Below, in pieces: positions 27,476 to 40,860 of a stretch of DNA of 64,000 nucleotides. The stretch spans positions 12,586,001 to 12,650,000 of the forward strand of contig CM022675.1 of the NCBI GenBank assembly GCA_012295275.1, read 5' to 3'. Source of the stretch: Chrysomallon squamiferum. Its lineage: Eukaryota; Animalia; Mollusca. Both the position numbers and the translations under genes were made by a program. Within the stretch, counting starts at the first letter, position 1. Each line of letters opens with the position of its first letter. The notes beneath the pieces are model-generated. The model ran no database searches. It worked only from the letters and a program-made list of their open reading frames with translations, and had not been told where the DNA came from.

Positions 27476-28199
27476 TTTTTCCATCTATTTGTCTGGATAC
27501 CCCGTATAAATTTTATTCTACTTCCTTTTAAAACAACATTTTTAAACCTTACCTATTTTTCACATATTTCATAATTTTCACTGCAAAAATAACATTTCTT
27601 CGACCTCATTTTTTTAATTAAAAAGATTAAAATATTCTGCAGTTGGGTATAAAACAGTATCTCTATGCATTTATAACAAATGTAAAAGAAATATCTGGGA
27701 AATTAAAATAGTTTCCATGGTACCTTGCGCAGAAGATAAAAAATACATAGTTAAAAACCTTTCCACTGTGAATGAATTCAGTATTTTCACAAAATTAGCA
27801 TTTATATTAATTTTAGTCTTTCGATCCACAGTGATTTTAAAAGATACATTTGTATTTAATAAATTTATGTGATGTCAGAAGAAATCAAAAATGTCTTGTG
27901 TTTTTTTTAGCGATGTCCTTTCACTGTATTTTTAAAAGATGTAAATATTTTTATTGTTTTTTTTTCGGTAAAAATTAAATTTCTATGATTAATTTAAATG
28001 ATATAGTACGTTACAGTTATCTTTAAATTTTCACTTATGATAATTTTTATTGTTTTATTTTGGTAATTCCATAATGAGCGATTTCTGTTTTGTTTATTCC
28101 GGTATTAAAACTGTTACGAGTAGTTTGCGGTGAAAAGAAGTAAGTTTGAAGATTAACTTGATAACTGATCAAATCAAAACGTCTTAGCGATATTCGTTT

Positions 28200-28370
28200 T
28201 GGACCAGTGGCTCGGTAGCTCAGTAACAGCGACCACGTGTTAATAAGCGGCAGTTCGATGCAGCTACTGGGATTGTTCTCGTTTCAGCCAGTAAGTTTTC
28301 CTGTCTACGAGAAAACATCTTCATTTCCCACAGGTAAGAGTAACCCGTGGAAAGATAAAGATAAAATAAA
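28200..28370 (+). mobile_element. Possible degenerate tRNA-derived SINE
   Basis: A-box-like TAGCTCAGT (~28216), B-box-like GTTCGATGC (~28253) and an A-rich tail (GATAAAGATAAAATAAA). No cloverleaf. Confidence 0.4.
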
Positions 28371-29046
28371 GTTTTCATCGCTTCTGACTGTCATTTCATA
28401 GCGACAGGTTTCCTTTTCTAGACAGAATCGTTATATATACGTTTATACAGAAAACTGAGCGTATTAATACCATTAATTCATCTTCTTTCGTTTTCTCTTT
28501 CATAGCTTTTAACTGGCCTGAATACATCAAAATAAGTATGATTATTTCTAAACAAGATTAATTATTAACGGTTGCAGGTAAGTTCGGAAATTCTTGATTA
28601 TTCATATCGATTAGCAGCAAAGGATTTTGTGTTTATATACATCTTCCTATAGAAAAAAAGTGTTTGACAAACCAGTCATGACGCACTATCTAGAACTGGA
28701 CAAATTCATAAGGAGCATCGAAGAGGATTGATCCTGAAATCTACGATATTTCGATATTGGATATTTGTAATTGGAATAAAGATGAGTAGAATAAACAACA
28801 ATAACTATAATTGTAGCAACAAGCATCTGCATTTGTTTGGGTTAAAACAGGCAAATCTGTTGTACGGATTATGGGTGACAACAAGAAAGACAAACTGATT
28901 GGTAAACACGTCAAAGCGAGCTTAAAAACCTGGATACCAGCACCAGATGAAAAGCAACAAGTCAAAGCAAGATAATTAAGGAATAGACAGTACTACTACA
29001 ACAACAGTTACAACAATTTTAAAGTGAAAGAAAAATCAGGACGTAC

Positions 29047-29092
29047 CTTTCCAGCAGAGTGACACGAGGAAGATGAACACTAATTTCTGCAT
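29047..29092 (-). CDS. Exon 1 (signal peptide) of the Ly6/LU-mucin gene
   Basis: AAAAC ATG CAG AAA TTA GTG TTC ATC TTC CTC GTG TCA CTC TGC TGG AAA G|gtacgt = MQKLVFIFLVSLCWK. Phase 1 matches exon 2 and completes a signal peptide ending ...EAAG|VMCY. Confidence 0.8.
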
Positions 29093-32000
29093 GTTTTCTG
29101 ATTTGTAGTCAAATATATTACAGTCAAAAACCTTTCTCGATGAAGTCTTCTCCAACATTAACAGCCAGTAATTTTTGTATTTTTTATTTTTGTTTTCACT
29201 TTTCAAGATCGTCCAGAACAGCGTCTTGTAAATTCACATTTAAATTCTTCAAAACTGCAGCACTACTTAGATGCTGTTGTCTTGCACGAGGTTGAAAACA
29301 CTGCCGTCGTAGTGGAGTAATTATTACTAGAATGCCGATCCTACGCGGGGCTTCTCCTTAAAAAGTGGCCAGTGTTAATATTGACCTCCACGAGAAAGTA
29401 ACTTTCGCTGTTGTTTGTTCAGAGTCAAAGCAAAGCATTCGTCTTTTGTTCTAAACTTCTGACCCGAATAACGTCGCCAAACTCTGCTGTGTCTAAAACA
29501 TATCGTTACGCAAAGAGCGACAACTCTGTGACGGTAACAGATAAAAGATGCTTGTTTCTTTTTTTTTTTTTTTTTTTTTTTTACAGCTATGTTTTCAGAT
29601 GTATTGCCTGGTTTCCAAAAAGATTAAAAACGTAAAGAAAAAGGGTGGACCAATGTTGGCACTTTTAACAGCTGATCTATTGTTCAGTGGATATCCAAAA
29701 ATATAATTTATGACAAATTAGGTTTAAAAGGTATGGGCTTTTTTTTGACACCCAGTTTTAAATAAACAGTCAACGCTTTTGTTTTTTCTTGTAAATATCA
29801 CTAACAGTAAGTACAATAGAACCATCAATGATAACACACCTCATATATCTTATATATTTTTTTATATTATTATAGCAAAAAATAATAGATAATTGATTGT
29901 ATTATGAAATTAGTAATATGAAACAAACAGTGATGCTCACAAAAACTGCAATGGTAATTATTGTGACGATGATATTAACGATGACAATCTTGTTGACAAT
30001 GAAAAGTAAAATTACACGGAATCATTTTGTGCTTTTATAAATAAAACTACAACAATAATAAAACAAAAGAAAAAAATCAATGAAAACAATCTAAAGTTTA
30101 CGACTAAGTTATTTTATTTATTTTCATTTATGTTTCTTCGTATTTCTTCTGCTTCAAGATTCGCCTTTTATGAACTGAGTTTTAATTAGGATCTCAACAC
30201 ATTTCTATATTAATCCTGGTTTTTAACTGCCATTTGTATAATTTCATATCAACATCATGGAAGAAGAAGTCCGTTAATTTAGAAAACAATTTAAACTATT
30301 ACAATATAATTCGCCGGAAAATCCTCAATGTTTATTCAAAACAAAATTAATACAAAATATGACAGCGGAATTCAGCAAATATCAAAACACACGAACAAAC
30401 ATAAATAGTCATGTTACGATAGTCAGCAAATAACAAGTAAAATTTATTTGATTGTTTAAACATAAAAGATTTATTATAACTGATTCGACTGTAGTGCAAC
30501 AATCTTTCTTCGACGACATGACACACACAAAATGACACGTCTGTTATACATGAAAGTGGGACAGCAATGTATATTTTAAAACGGCTAAAGTCTTACGTAA
30601 ATAATTATAAAGTGGTGACGATGAACTGATTGTTATGAACATAATAACTACGGTACGCTGGAAAAAAAAATCAGTATCGTTTCGAACTTTGCAATTCAGT
30701 TATTACAAATTGTAATGCACAATCTTGTTTTACAGAAAAGATTGTCATTTGCAATGTTTGAAACTGCTACTATTACTTCTACGTCTATTTCTACTACTAC
30801 TACTACTGCTCTGCCATTGCTAATAGTATTAATAAAACTGCAACTTATCTACAACTACAGCCACAACTGCTCCTGCTACTGCTGCTACAACTACTACTAT
30901 AAATCTTTAAAAAATTATATATTTACGTATCAATTAATTTTACATTCCTCGGAAACTAATGATTCATAATATTTTTTTTTTGACATTTTCTCTTTCCAAA
31001 CATTTTTCTGAAAATTTCTAGTAAGACAAACAATCAAATGATAATTATATTAAGTAAAATGATTTATGATGATAGCAAACAGAATCATGTTTCAGAAATT
31101 CAAAAATATCGTTCAGCAACTTTCATGAAGCTACATGCAACAAGAATTTTAGTTTAATAATGTTTATTTTACTTTATTTATCTATTTATTTATTCTTTCT
31201 TTCTTTCTTCTTATTATTAGAAACTTGTATTTTTTCGAAATATTGCAAAAGGAAACAGTAAAATGTTTGCGGAAAAAGATTCATTTTCTCAATGTTCACA
31301 AATATTAAAGTGGCTAAAAGAGATTTACAAAGGTCATTGATATATGTGATTATTTAAAAATATTAAACTTCCCGGTAATCTCAACAGAGAAATGTAACCT
31401 TGACGAAATCAAGTCTGATTACAGAACAGTATGTACCAGAAGACATGAAGCAACAACTTCCAAAATATTCAAGAAATAAAACTTTTCATCGTCTTTAGAA
31501 AAAAATCAAAAAACTAAAAAAAAAAAAAAAAAATTTCACTATCACAAGAATGATAGCATTTTTCATAGACGTTCTATAACACAGTTTACAAAGAAAAACT
31601 ATTGATTCTCAAACATATTCTAATAATTGTGTCTTGTAAACAATTTTTCACAATTTCTAGACGAATTAGGACAACGGTATTACTATGTTCGCGGTATTTC
31701 ATAACGTCATTTTTACGTCTGCCGGAAAATGCATTTTCTGCGGGCCAGCAGTCGTGCAGCCAATCAGAATCGAGGGATTCACGTGCACTGTCTAGTTCCG
31801 TAAATTGCTAACCTGTCTGAATCCTTTACGTGTGTTTGCGAATTTTAAATATGATTGGAAAAAAAGACGTATGCCAAGGTCCACTGAAAAGGAATATTTT
31901 TGTGATTTAAGAACAAAAAACTTCACATAAAGATGATAAAATTCATTTTGTTGAGAATCGATATCTTTTGTGTTATGATTACTTTTACTCACGCTGACCA

Positions 32001-32291
32001 CTGATCCGGGCTGTGCTGTTTTACTTTACAGTCATATCACAATAATGTCAAGGTTCCATTGATAAATGGCGTTATACAAGAATAAGAACAACATCGAACA
32101 CGACAACAATAATAATTATTATTACTATAATTTTAGTAGCGACTGTAGGAGTAGTAGAAGTAGAAGTAATAGTGTCACTAGAAGAAGTAGTAGTAGATGT
32201 AGTAATGGTAATAGTAGTAGTAGCAGCAACAGGAGCTGAAACCGAATAATAATAACAGCAACAAAAGTACTACTGTTGCTATTATTACTAT

Positions 32292-32325
<34 letters not shown>

Positions 32326-33194
32326 GCTACTACTGCTACTACTACTACTACTAATAATAATAATTCAAAATGAGTACGTTTGCCAGAGAAACAGAATATT
32401 GAAATAACAAAAAATTAGAAACATCAAAGTAAGCTGTTTAAAAAATAATAATAATAATAAATAAATAAAAATAAATATACATTAATGTAAAAAGAGATGA
32501 TAAAATCTACAAAGCTTTGACGATCAAACCCTAATTTATTGATAATGTCAATGTTTACCAGGAAAAAAAAACACATTAATATCAAATATAATATTTGTCA
32601 TAATTCCGTAATTTCAAAATCACATTATTTGTTGATTTCTTTCTGTCGCTTCTGGTTTTTTGTTAATTGCTCGAGAAACTAACAAACAAACACGAACAAG
32701 TTACTGGTAGACAACAGTGTCATCTCGTGTGGTCATCACACCAGGAAGTCAGAGTTACACAAACACGAATTTGTATCTTCACGAAAACACGGCGGTTGTC
32801 AGTATACGTTTAGCCAAGCAGTCGGACGTGTTTGTTTTCCATCTGTTTCATCACACATTTAATTAAAGCTTCCGTATTCACTGTTCGAGGAAAGATGTCG
32901 AGCGACTGGCCATTGTTGACTTCTGCAACTGTTTAAGATGTACACGGAAGCTAAGCGTTGTTGTTTGTGGAAGGGTGAAAACAGTGAAGTACAAAACGAT
33001 TAATAAGGAGTGTCGGTAACTCGGTTCAAGTAAGTAGAGATAGATGCTGGGTTTTTAACCAAAAAAAAATAATTTCGTATTAACCTGGAAACAGTTTCAA
33101 AAATAAAACTGTTATACAAGAGTAACACTCGTTTCGTTAAACATTTCTTTATTAAAATTAACAGAAAATATAATTTATTATAATCATTGTTGTT

Positions 33195-33232
<38 letters not shown>

Positions 33233-33786
33233 TTTTCCTTCTTTATATTTATTTTTTTTCTCATTTTCTCTTCATTTACCTGAATTTGAAACAGGAGACT
33301 GTCTGGCTGCCCAGATCAAATGAGCCTTGTCATTTTATTTAAGTATATGACAGTGTTATTATCATGTACACTGTATTTGACTACAGTATTATTATCATGC
33401 ACTCTGTATTTGACTACAGCAGAATTATCATGTGATCTGTGAAGCACTGAAACAGCGACATAACGCATGTCCTGGATTCTGAACAATAAGCAGAAAAAAA
33501 ACAACAACAAAGAAACCTTCCTCTGGTATAAAAGTTAGGAGGAAAATACTTGAATATTTTTATTGCTACACACTTCACAACACATCGGTTTAAGTCGGTT
33601 CCTACTCAGCATAATTTAACACATAATTTGACTACAAAACCAGCACCATGAATGTTCAGTTTTAGAAAGACTGATGACATTAGCATAATTATGCCAGTTT
33701 GTTCCCTTAATGATTAATGCTCTTTATGCTCCTCATAACGTAGAAGGTAGCGAGACCATTAAATAATAATAACAATAAACGAGACC

Positions 33787-33820
<34 letters not shown>

Positions 33821-34237
33821 TGATGATGATGATGATGATGATGTTATTCAGATCCATATTGTTTAGCATTTTGTTATGAAATAAACCTTTATATCCCATT
33901 CCATAATGTGATATAGTATAATCTGATCCCAATGGTTTTGTCTTTATATGTCCCAGATATTGTTTTGTAATGTGGTTTACACATCAGTCTGAGTTTAGAT
34001 ATATAACGATGAGTTAAAACAACTTAAATATTAGTGTTTATTAGACTTTAATGATGATAACTGTAAGAGTAATCCGACAGCTCACTCTTGTTTACGAAAA
34101 CGTACGTTTTCTAAAGAATTTAACTGAATAAAATGTGCATGATTTTTTCAGTCTTAAGTATATCTGAGCAAATATGCTTGAAAAAATCTTGAATTATAAT
34201 GCAAATAATACATATAATAATAGTAATAATAATAATA

Positions 34238-34289
<52 letters not shown>

Positions 34290-34639
34290 GTGGTAGTAGT
34301 AGTAGAAATAATATTAAAAGGAAGAAGAAGAAGAAAAATATAACAACAACAAAAACAACAGTAGCAGTAGTAGTCGTAATTATTTTATTTTATTTCATAT
34401 TTGAAATACATAATCAAAATTAGTGAAATACCTGCAGAGGACAATAGCTTAATGTGATAAGGTCTATGTCAAAATTTATTTAAAAATTTACTTTTAATAA
34501 AAAATCCGATTATCGAGAGAAAATTAATACAACTGATAAATGAAATCAGTACGTATGATAATACTCTGGATTAACGTGTAATTAATGCAGACAGAACACA
34601 GATTTCCATTATCGGTTATCTTTCTTGAATGTTCACGTT

Positions 34640-35241
34640 TTATATGGCCGAGGCAGGTAGCGTTTCTCCCTTCAAACCGGACAAAATATTGTCTGCAGTC
34701 AGTTTGACCATGTTGTAGCGGGTTGTCTCCGAAGCGGTGCTGCTGTGTGGAAGAATCAAACAGTTATCTAGCGAATGCAGTGGATGGCTAAGCGGAAGAG
34801 GTTCAGGGGAAGTGACATCAAGACCGGCAGCGAAAATGACGTCATTTTTCAACGCGTCATACAAGTCATCGTGGTTGACTAGCAGTCCTCTAGAAACGTT
34901 AACGAAAACGGCGGATTTCTTCATTTTATTGAAAACCGATTTGTTGAAGAGGCCTTCATTTTCCGAATTAACCGAGCACGTGGCAACGACGTAGTCGGAC
35001 TCTCTGATCAGCGTCTCGAAGCAGACGTATTCGGCCTCCACTTTGTCGGCGCTTTCCTTCTTGCTTCTGGAATTATAGAGAAGTTTCGCCGCTCCGAAAG
35101 CTTTGAGAAGCTCTGCAACCCTGGTTCCAATGCGTCCCAAACCAAATATACCAACAGTTGAATCTTTAATATCTTTACCACACATCCACGCAGGATCAGC
35201 TGTCCTCTTTCCCCAGGTTCCGTCCGCTACATATCTCATAC
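34640..35241 (-). CDS. GRHPR: Exon 3 of glyoxylate/hydroxypyruvate reductase-like D-2-hydroxyacid dehydrogenase; gene = complement(join(34640..35241,36929..37099,37249..37462)), 328 aa
   Basis: Rossmann motif GIFGLGRIG, catalytic Arg (VNVSRG), Glu (LDVTSPEP) and His (ILPH), plus WMCG. Acceptor ctcag|GT ATG is phase 1. Confidence 0.92.
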
Positions 35242-36297
35242 CTGAGTATTAAACATCATTACAATATATAACAACAACAACAGAGTCTTTTCTATTAGGG
35301 TTTCTTAAACTGTTTTCAATATCATTTCCTCTGACGTTACTGTCATAAAATGACATTCACCCCATACTACTGGTTTCGTAATTTTTGTCTCTAGTTTCGT
35401 TCACACATGGAAGAACAATTTATCTTTTTTAAGAAGAACTGAATTGTAAAATACAGTAAAAATAATGAATAACAGAAAGTTGGTAAATGATTAGAAAGTT
35501 GATATAGGTAAATAAATCTTAATTTATTCGGTATATGTCGATATTATTGGTTGGCAAAAACAAACAAATAAACAAACAAAAACACACAAAAAACCTCAAC
35601 AATTACAAAAAGAAATAAAAAAAAAAGTGAAAAAAAATATATATATAAAAAAAGGTAAAGAAACAAAACAAAATTTCTGAAACAGAATATACTTATTTTC
35701 TCTCTCCCTCTCAGTTTGTTATATTCTCTGTTTCCATCTGTTATTCTCTCTCTCTCTCTCTCTCTCATTCACACACGCACAACCACAGCTTTCTGTCATT
35801 TAGAATAAAATATCAATAAATTATGCTTATCACAACCGTTTCAAGGTGAAACTGAAATTTTATAGCTCATTATCATATATATAAAAAGAAGAAATGAAAA
35901 ATACGTTTTTACTTAACGAATACACACTCAGACTTTGTGTTATCTAGGACAAGTCGTGCCACACAATCAACATTTCAGTTAAAACTCGTGACTAGATTTA
36001 ATTTTCAAATATGCGCAAAAGGAAAAAGCATGATAGTTGTGCGTTGTAAAAATTATACAATTATTGTGAAAGCATAAAACGCATAGTGACGAATAGGAAA
36101 TTAAATAAATATAAAGCATTAAACAATAAAGTCCTTTCTTAAAATAAATAAACAGTTAATATTATTGACTCGTTTCCAGTCAGTTTTTCCTGTTAAACAG
36201 TTTTCTAAAAAAACTACTTTTAATGTCCTTTATTATTATTAAAGTATTATCATTTAAGTTATTATATTGTTATTGTTATCATTATAATTTTATTGTT

Positions 36298-36421
<124 letters not shown>

Positions 36422-36928
36422 TGGTTATTTCTGTGTTAAGTTTTATCTATTATGTTGCTTAAATAATCAGTAAATAATATATGGAAATACTCTCTAGCTT
36501 ATCTCAAATACTTTTATAATAAACTGCTATGGAAAAACAGAAAGAGAAACATTATTTATAAATAACGCAGTTGTAGAATAACTAAGAAACATAAATTAAC
36601 TGAATACCACTCGAAAACTGTCGTTTCCAATAACCCACTAAAGTATGGAAGATGTGATTTTTAATAACGTACTTTAACTCACCATATATTTTGTTAATCG
36701 CTATTCAGATGATCTGAAGAAAAACATACAGCCGTTACGCAATTTACTGTCGATTTTCAATAAGCAGAAAACATACACCTTCCCACAGGTGGGTAAACAC
36801 AAATCACTGCTTTAGATAAATAGTTATGGAACATGAACTAGATGTGAGAATAAAGAGTTTGGAACCCGCGACCTATGACACCCGAACATTGCACTTTAAT
36901 AAACTGTAATTCAGTAATAGGAACAAAC

Positions 36929-37099
36929 CTTCTTTGTACTTTCTTGCTGTGGCTATAATGAGTCCAACAGTATTCTCTGCGACGGCGTCGGTGACGATTC
37001 CCGGGGTGTACCCGACAGCAATACCTCGTCGTTTGCATTCTTCAAGGTCAATATGATTCAGACCAACACTACACGTGGCTATGACTTTTAACTGAGGAC
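36929..37099 (-). CDS. GRHPR: Exon 2 of the GRHPR-like gene
   Basis: caacag|GT CCT CAG...AAA GAA G|gtttgt, 171 nt. Encodes GPQLKVIATCSVGLNHIDLEECKRRGIAVGYTPGIVTDAVAE. Confidence 0.92.
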
Positions 37100-37141
37100 C
37101 TGTTGTAAAAGAAAACGCCAAACAAATGTACTGTATTTTTA

Positions 37142-37189
<48 letters not shown>

Positions 37190-37248
37190 GAAAGTTCGAA
37201 TTTCCCGCCATACTTGAGCACGTGTAACCTTTGACCCCGTGAACTCAC

Positions 37249-37462
37249 CTGCTGCATCCAGAAGTTCCGCGTCCACTTTATTAGCCGTGTACAGAAGAAT
37301 ACCGTCTACCCTCAACTTTTTTAAAACTCGTAAAAGTTCGTCCTGCGCCATACTATGATAACTATCCCATAATTCAAGTGTGCAGTGTTTCTCAAGAGAA
37401 GTTAACCACTTCGGCGGACAAACTAGCGTAACATAAACAAGAGGTTTATTCTCGGTGTTCAT
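37249..37462 (-). CDS. GRHPR: First coding exon, copy a (proximal), of the GRHPR-like gene
   Basis: MNTENKPLVYVT...NKVDAELLDAA G|gtgagt, 214 nt, phase 1. Confidence 0.9.
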
Positions 37463-37698
37463 TTTCGTTTTGTGTGAATTCCTCCTCCGGAGAGCACCAA
37501 CTTCTTATTTAATTTGGGGCCATATAAGAGTTCATGCTGGATGTGTATTTGGTGTTCTGTATAACCCTTATGTGACTGTTGTTGAACATTACCATTATTT
37601 TAGTACTATACTGATAGTGTATGTTCGGAGCTAGCGCTAATACAGTTTCAAAAGTATCTTGTGTTTGCTGTGTTTCTACTGAACAAAAAGATGCTACT

Positions 37699-37748
<50 letters not shown>

Positions 37749-38005
37749 ACACACACATATATATGTATATATTTACAGCTGAGTGGAATCCCCATGACAC
37801 CCGGGTACAGAACTGTTGTCGTAATTAAGATATACGCAGAACGGTACTTTTATTACAAATATTTAGTTGGTTTTATTTCTAAGCATTCACACATATGTAA
37901 ACAATACCAAAGCTAAAAACGTGTTTTTAAACAGGTGTACTTTCTTTCAATCATTTAATATGTCAGTATCTTTTCAGAAAGTTCAAAAATTCCTCGTGAA
38001 CTCAC

Positions 38006-38219
38006 CTGCTGCATTAAGAAGTTCCACGTCCACTATATTAGCCGCATACAGAAAAATACCGTCTACCCTCAACTTTTTTAAAACTCGTAAAAGTTCATCC
38101 TGCGCCATACGATGATAACTATCCCATAATTCAAGTGTGCAGTGTTTCTCAAGAGAAGTTAACCACTTCGGCGGACAAGCTAGCGTAACATAAACAAGAG
38201 GTTTATTCTCGGTGTTCAT
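38006..38219 (-). CDS. GRHPR: Duplicated first coding exon, copy b (distal), of the GRHPR-like gene; alternative first exon or pseudo-exon
   Basis: 214 nt with 10 mismatches to copy a by manual alignment. ATG, reading frame and G|gtgagt donor are intact. Confidence 0.7.
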
Positions 38220-38256
38220 TTTCGTTTTGTGTGAATTCCCGTCCGAAGAGCACCGA

Positions 38257-38263
38257 CTTTATA
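38257..38263 (-). promoter_or_regulatory. TATA box of GRHPR exon-1 copy b
   Basis: The minus strand reads TATAAAG about 25 nt upstream of an Inr-like TTCACA and about 40 nt upstream of the ATG. Copy a has TAAATAAGAAG at the homologous site. Confidence 0.5.
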
Positions 38264-38469
38264 TTTAATTTGGATCCATTACCTACTAATGATATTCAAA
38301 GTCATGCCAGTAATAACACTGGACACCTATTTTTTTTTTTTTTTTTTTTTTTTTTGTAACGTGTTTTTGAATAAGAAAATTATATTTATAAATGACAAAT
38401 ATTGTATACCAACAAAATAAAATAGAATGTAAAGAAATAAATTGATTTTGTAAAGTGTATAAATCTTGG

Positions 38470-38950
38470 AGATCAAACACATTATTTTAACGCCTTTGGC
38501 TGGAGTTACAGCCGTTATCGACTCCTTCTGCTTCAGTATGGTACACATCGTAGAAGTACTATGCTCGTATTAACTAGCCAAGTCTACTTCTGGCACACCT
38601 CGCTCATGTTTTTCTATGAATTCAAGCTTTAATTCACTGGACATCGTCCGCTGCTTCTTCTCAGCACTATCCTTTACACTCACTTTCTTAGGATCAATCG
38701 CCAGAAAAAGGAAATTTGGCAAAATACAACACAAGAGATTCTTCCATGGTGAGTTAACCACGTGAAGTAAACGAATGAAACGCGGGATGCTAGCCGGATG
38801 TTATATTGTTCATTGCGCCAACTAGCGGCGGCGTATCTGAAGCTCGAGCGTAACTCGGATTCTGGCTCGCAACTCAAAGCAAACTCTACCAGACGACTGC
38901 TACCAGTAGACTCTACCAGTTGAGCAGTCGTAAGTCGAGGTATCACTATA
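38470..38950 (-). mobile_element. Truncated Tigger/pogo (Tc1-mariner superfamily) DNA transposon: one terminal inverted repeat plus dead transposase N-terminus
   Basis: The minus strand translates IDPKKVSVKDSAEKKQRTMSSELKLEFIEKHERGVPEVDLAS*YEHSTSTMCTILKQKESITAVTPAKGVKI (CENP-B-type HTH, start lost, internal stop). The terminus TA|TAGTGATACCTCGACTTACGAC resembles a CAGTGATACCTCG-type TIR with a TA target site. Confidence 0.85.
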
Positions 38951-38988
38951 TATGTGTGTGTCCGACGTAACTATCGAGATGACGAATT

Positions 38989-39097
<109 letters not shown>

Positions 39098-39442
39098 GTA
39101 TTAGTATTAGTATTAGTATTATGTAAATGAGTGACTTGGGGTTGGAGGAGGGAGGAGATCGAAAACAAAAATTTAAATGCAGTTTCTAAATATTCATTTC
39201 ATTTTACTGGCTGAATATTTCTACACAGTAACATGACGTAAATTTATCAACAAAACAAATGTTTATTAGAGTTATTATCAAGATTTTCTTAACAGTTCAA
39301 TATATATAAATACAGGTGTGCTTTTGAATATATACCTACACTTAATCCAAGGATTTCTTGGGGAATTGTTTGTGTATTAGTTGCATGAATAATTATATGC
39401 AGAACGTTTTGTACAGAGAAATGTTATGTAATAATGATAATA

Positions 39443-39505
<63 letters not shown>

Positions 39506-39588
39506 TAATAATAATAATAATAATAAATAATAATAATAATAATAATAAATAAACCTACTTGTAAATCTGAAACTAAAAACTGTTAGAC

Positions 39589-40060
39589 TGACAGATTTGC
39601 GTTCTAAGAAACAGTCTTGACCCTGTACTTTTTTTACGTACTTGTTACAAACACAGCTGAAGTTCAGTTATTTATCAATAGTAACTAATTGTTAATGATG
39701 ATAAAGATGGTAATTATAATAACAGTAGTAATAGTAGGTGTGGTAGTAATATTTATATATATATAAATATATACACACACACACACACACTCACACACAC
39801 ACACACACACACACACGCCTATACACAGATATATAAACACATGCATACATATATATATATATATATACCTACACAGACTTTACTGGGTCATAAAACAACT
39901 AATAATAAAAATACGTTCTCAGACGTTGTTATTAACACTTAATACAACGGAAACACATAAAACTGTCGATCTGTCTTCTAAGTAATAAGACACAGAATTA
40001 AAGGTCTAAGCGTCGTTTTTTTATATACGCCAGGACGTTATATATATCTGAGTATTTTAC
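39589..40060 (+). repeat. Diverged duplicate of the sulfotransferase 5' region (partner 40681..41240)
   Basis: Shares an identical 36-mer TTACAAACACAGCTGAAGTTCAGTTATTTATCAATA and a second block (ACAGAATTAAAG...CTGAGT.TTTTAC). Lacks the ATG and transmembrane exon. Confidence 0.75.
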
Positions 40061-40588
40061 GCTAATATCCTTGTCTCTGCATTTTTCTCCAAAACTGGAT
40101 ACTAGTGACTAGTGTCTATACTTTCCTTCCTAATATTTATCTTTATTGTTCTTTTATTTATGGCTTCGTTATCTTCTTCCAGTATTTCTCTATAAGTATT
40201 TCATTCTGAGTGTTTTTCTTCGATGTGAATGTATGGCTTTGTTTTTCTTTCTCTAGTATTTTTCTTTGCACAGTTTTCTTCAGCGTACTTTTTTTTTCTC
40301 TTATAAATAAAACAAAGAAAATACTAACAAAATAAGAAAATGCAAAAATACATACATAAATAAATAATAAATAAATAAAATAATAATAATAATAAATAAT
40401 AATAATAATAATAATAATAGTAATAATAATAATAATAGATGAGTGAAAAAAAAGAAGAAAAATCGACAAAACGACAGATGCTTTCATAAATTAATCGATT
40501 TGAAAACACTAGCTTGCACTGATTTCGTGTTGTGATAAATCGAGTGATCGTTTGAAAACAGAATAAAATCAGTAAAGGTTAAGGCTAC

Positions 40589-40661
<73 letters not shown>

Positions 40662-40772
40662 TGCAGAAGTACATTTAGAATGACAGATTTACATACTGAG
40701 AAACTGTCTCAACCGTGCACCTTTAATACGTACTTATTACAAACACAGCTGAAGTTCAGTTATTTATCAATA

Positions 40773-40860
40773 ATGATTTCTCTGACCAGTTGGCTTTTTA
40801 AATACAAGTGTGTATTTATCACTTGTGTCATAATCTTCTTAGTGATCACTTTGAGACAAG
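40773..40860 (+). CDS. First coding exon (type II signal-anchor) of carbohydrate sulfotransferase; gene = join(40773..40860,42300..42386,42961..43147,43440..44241), 387 aa
   Basis: MISLTSWLFKYKCVFITCVIIFLVITLRQ G|gtaacc: short basic tail plus hydrophobic helix, phase 1. Confidence 0.72.

Noticed and set aside
28200-28275. Possible tRNA gene
   Set aside because: Only degenerate A/B boxes, with no acceptor or anticodon stems. Better explained as a SINE relic.
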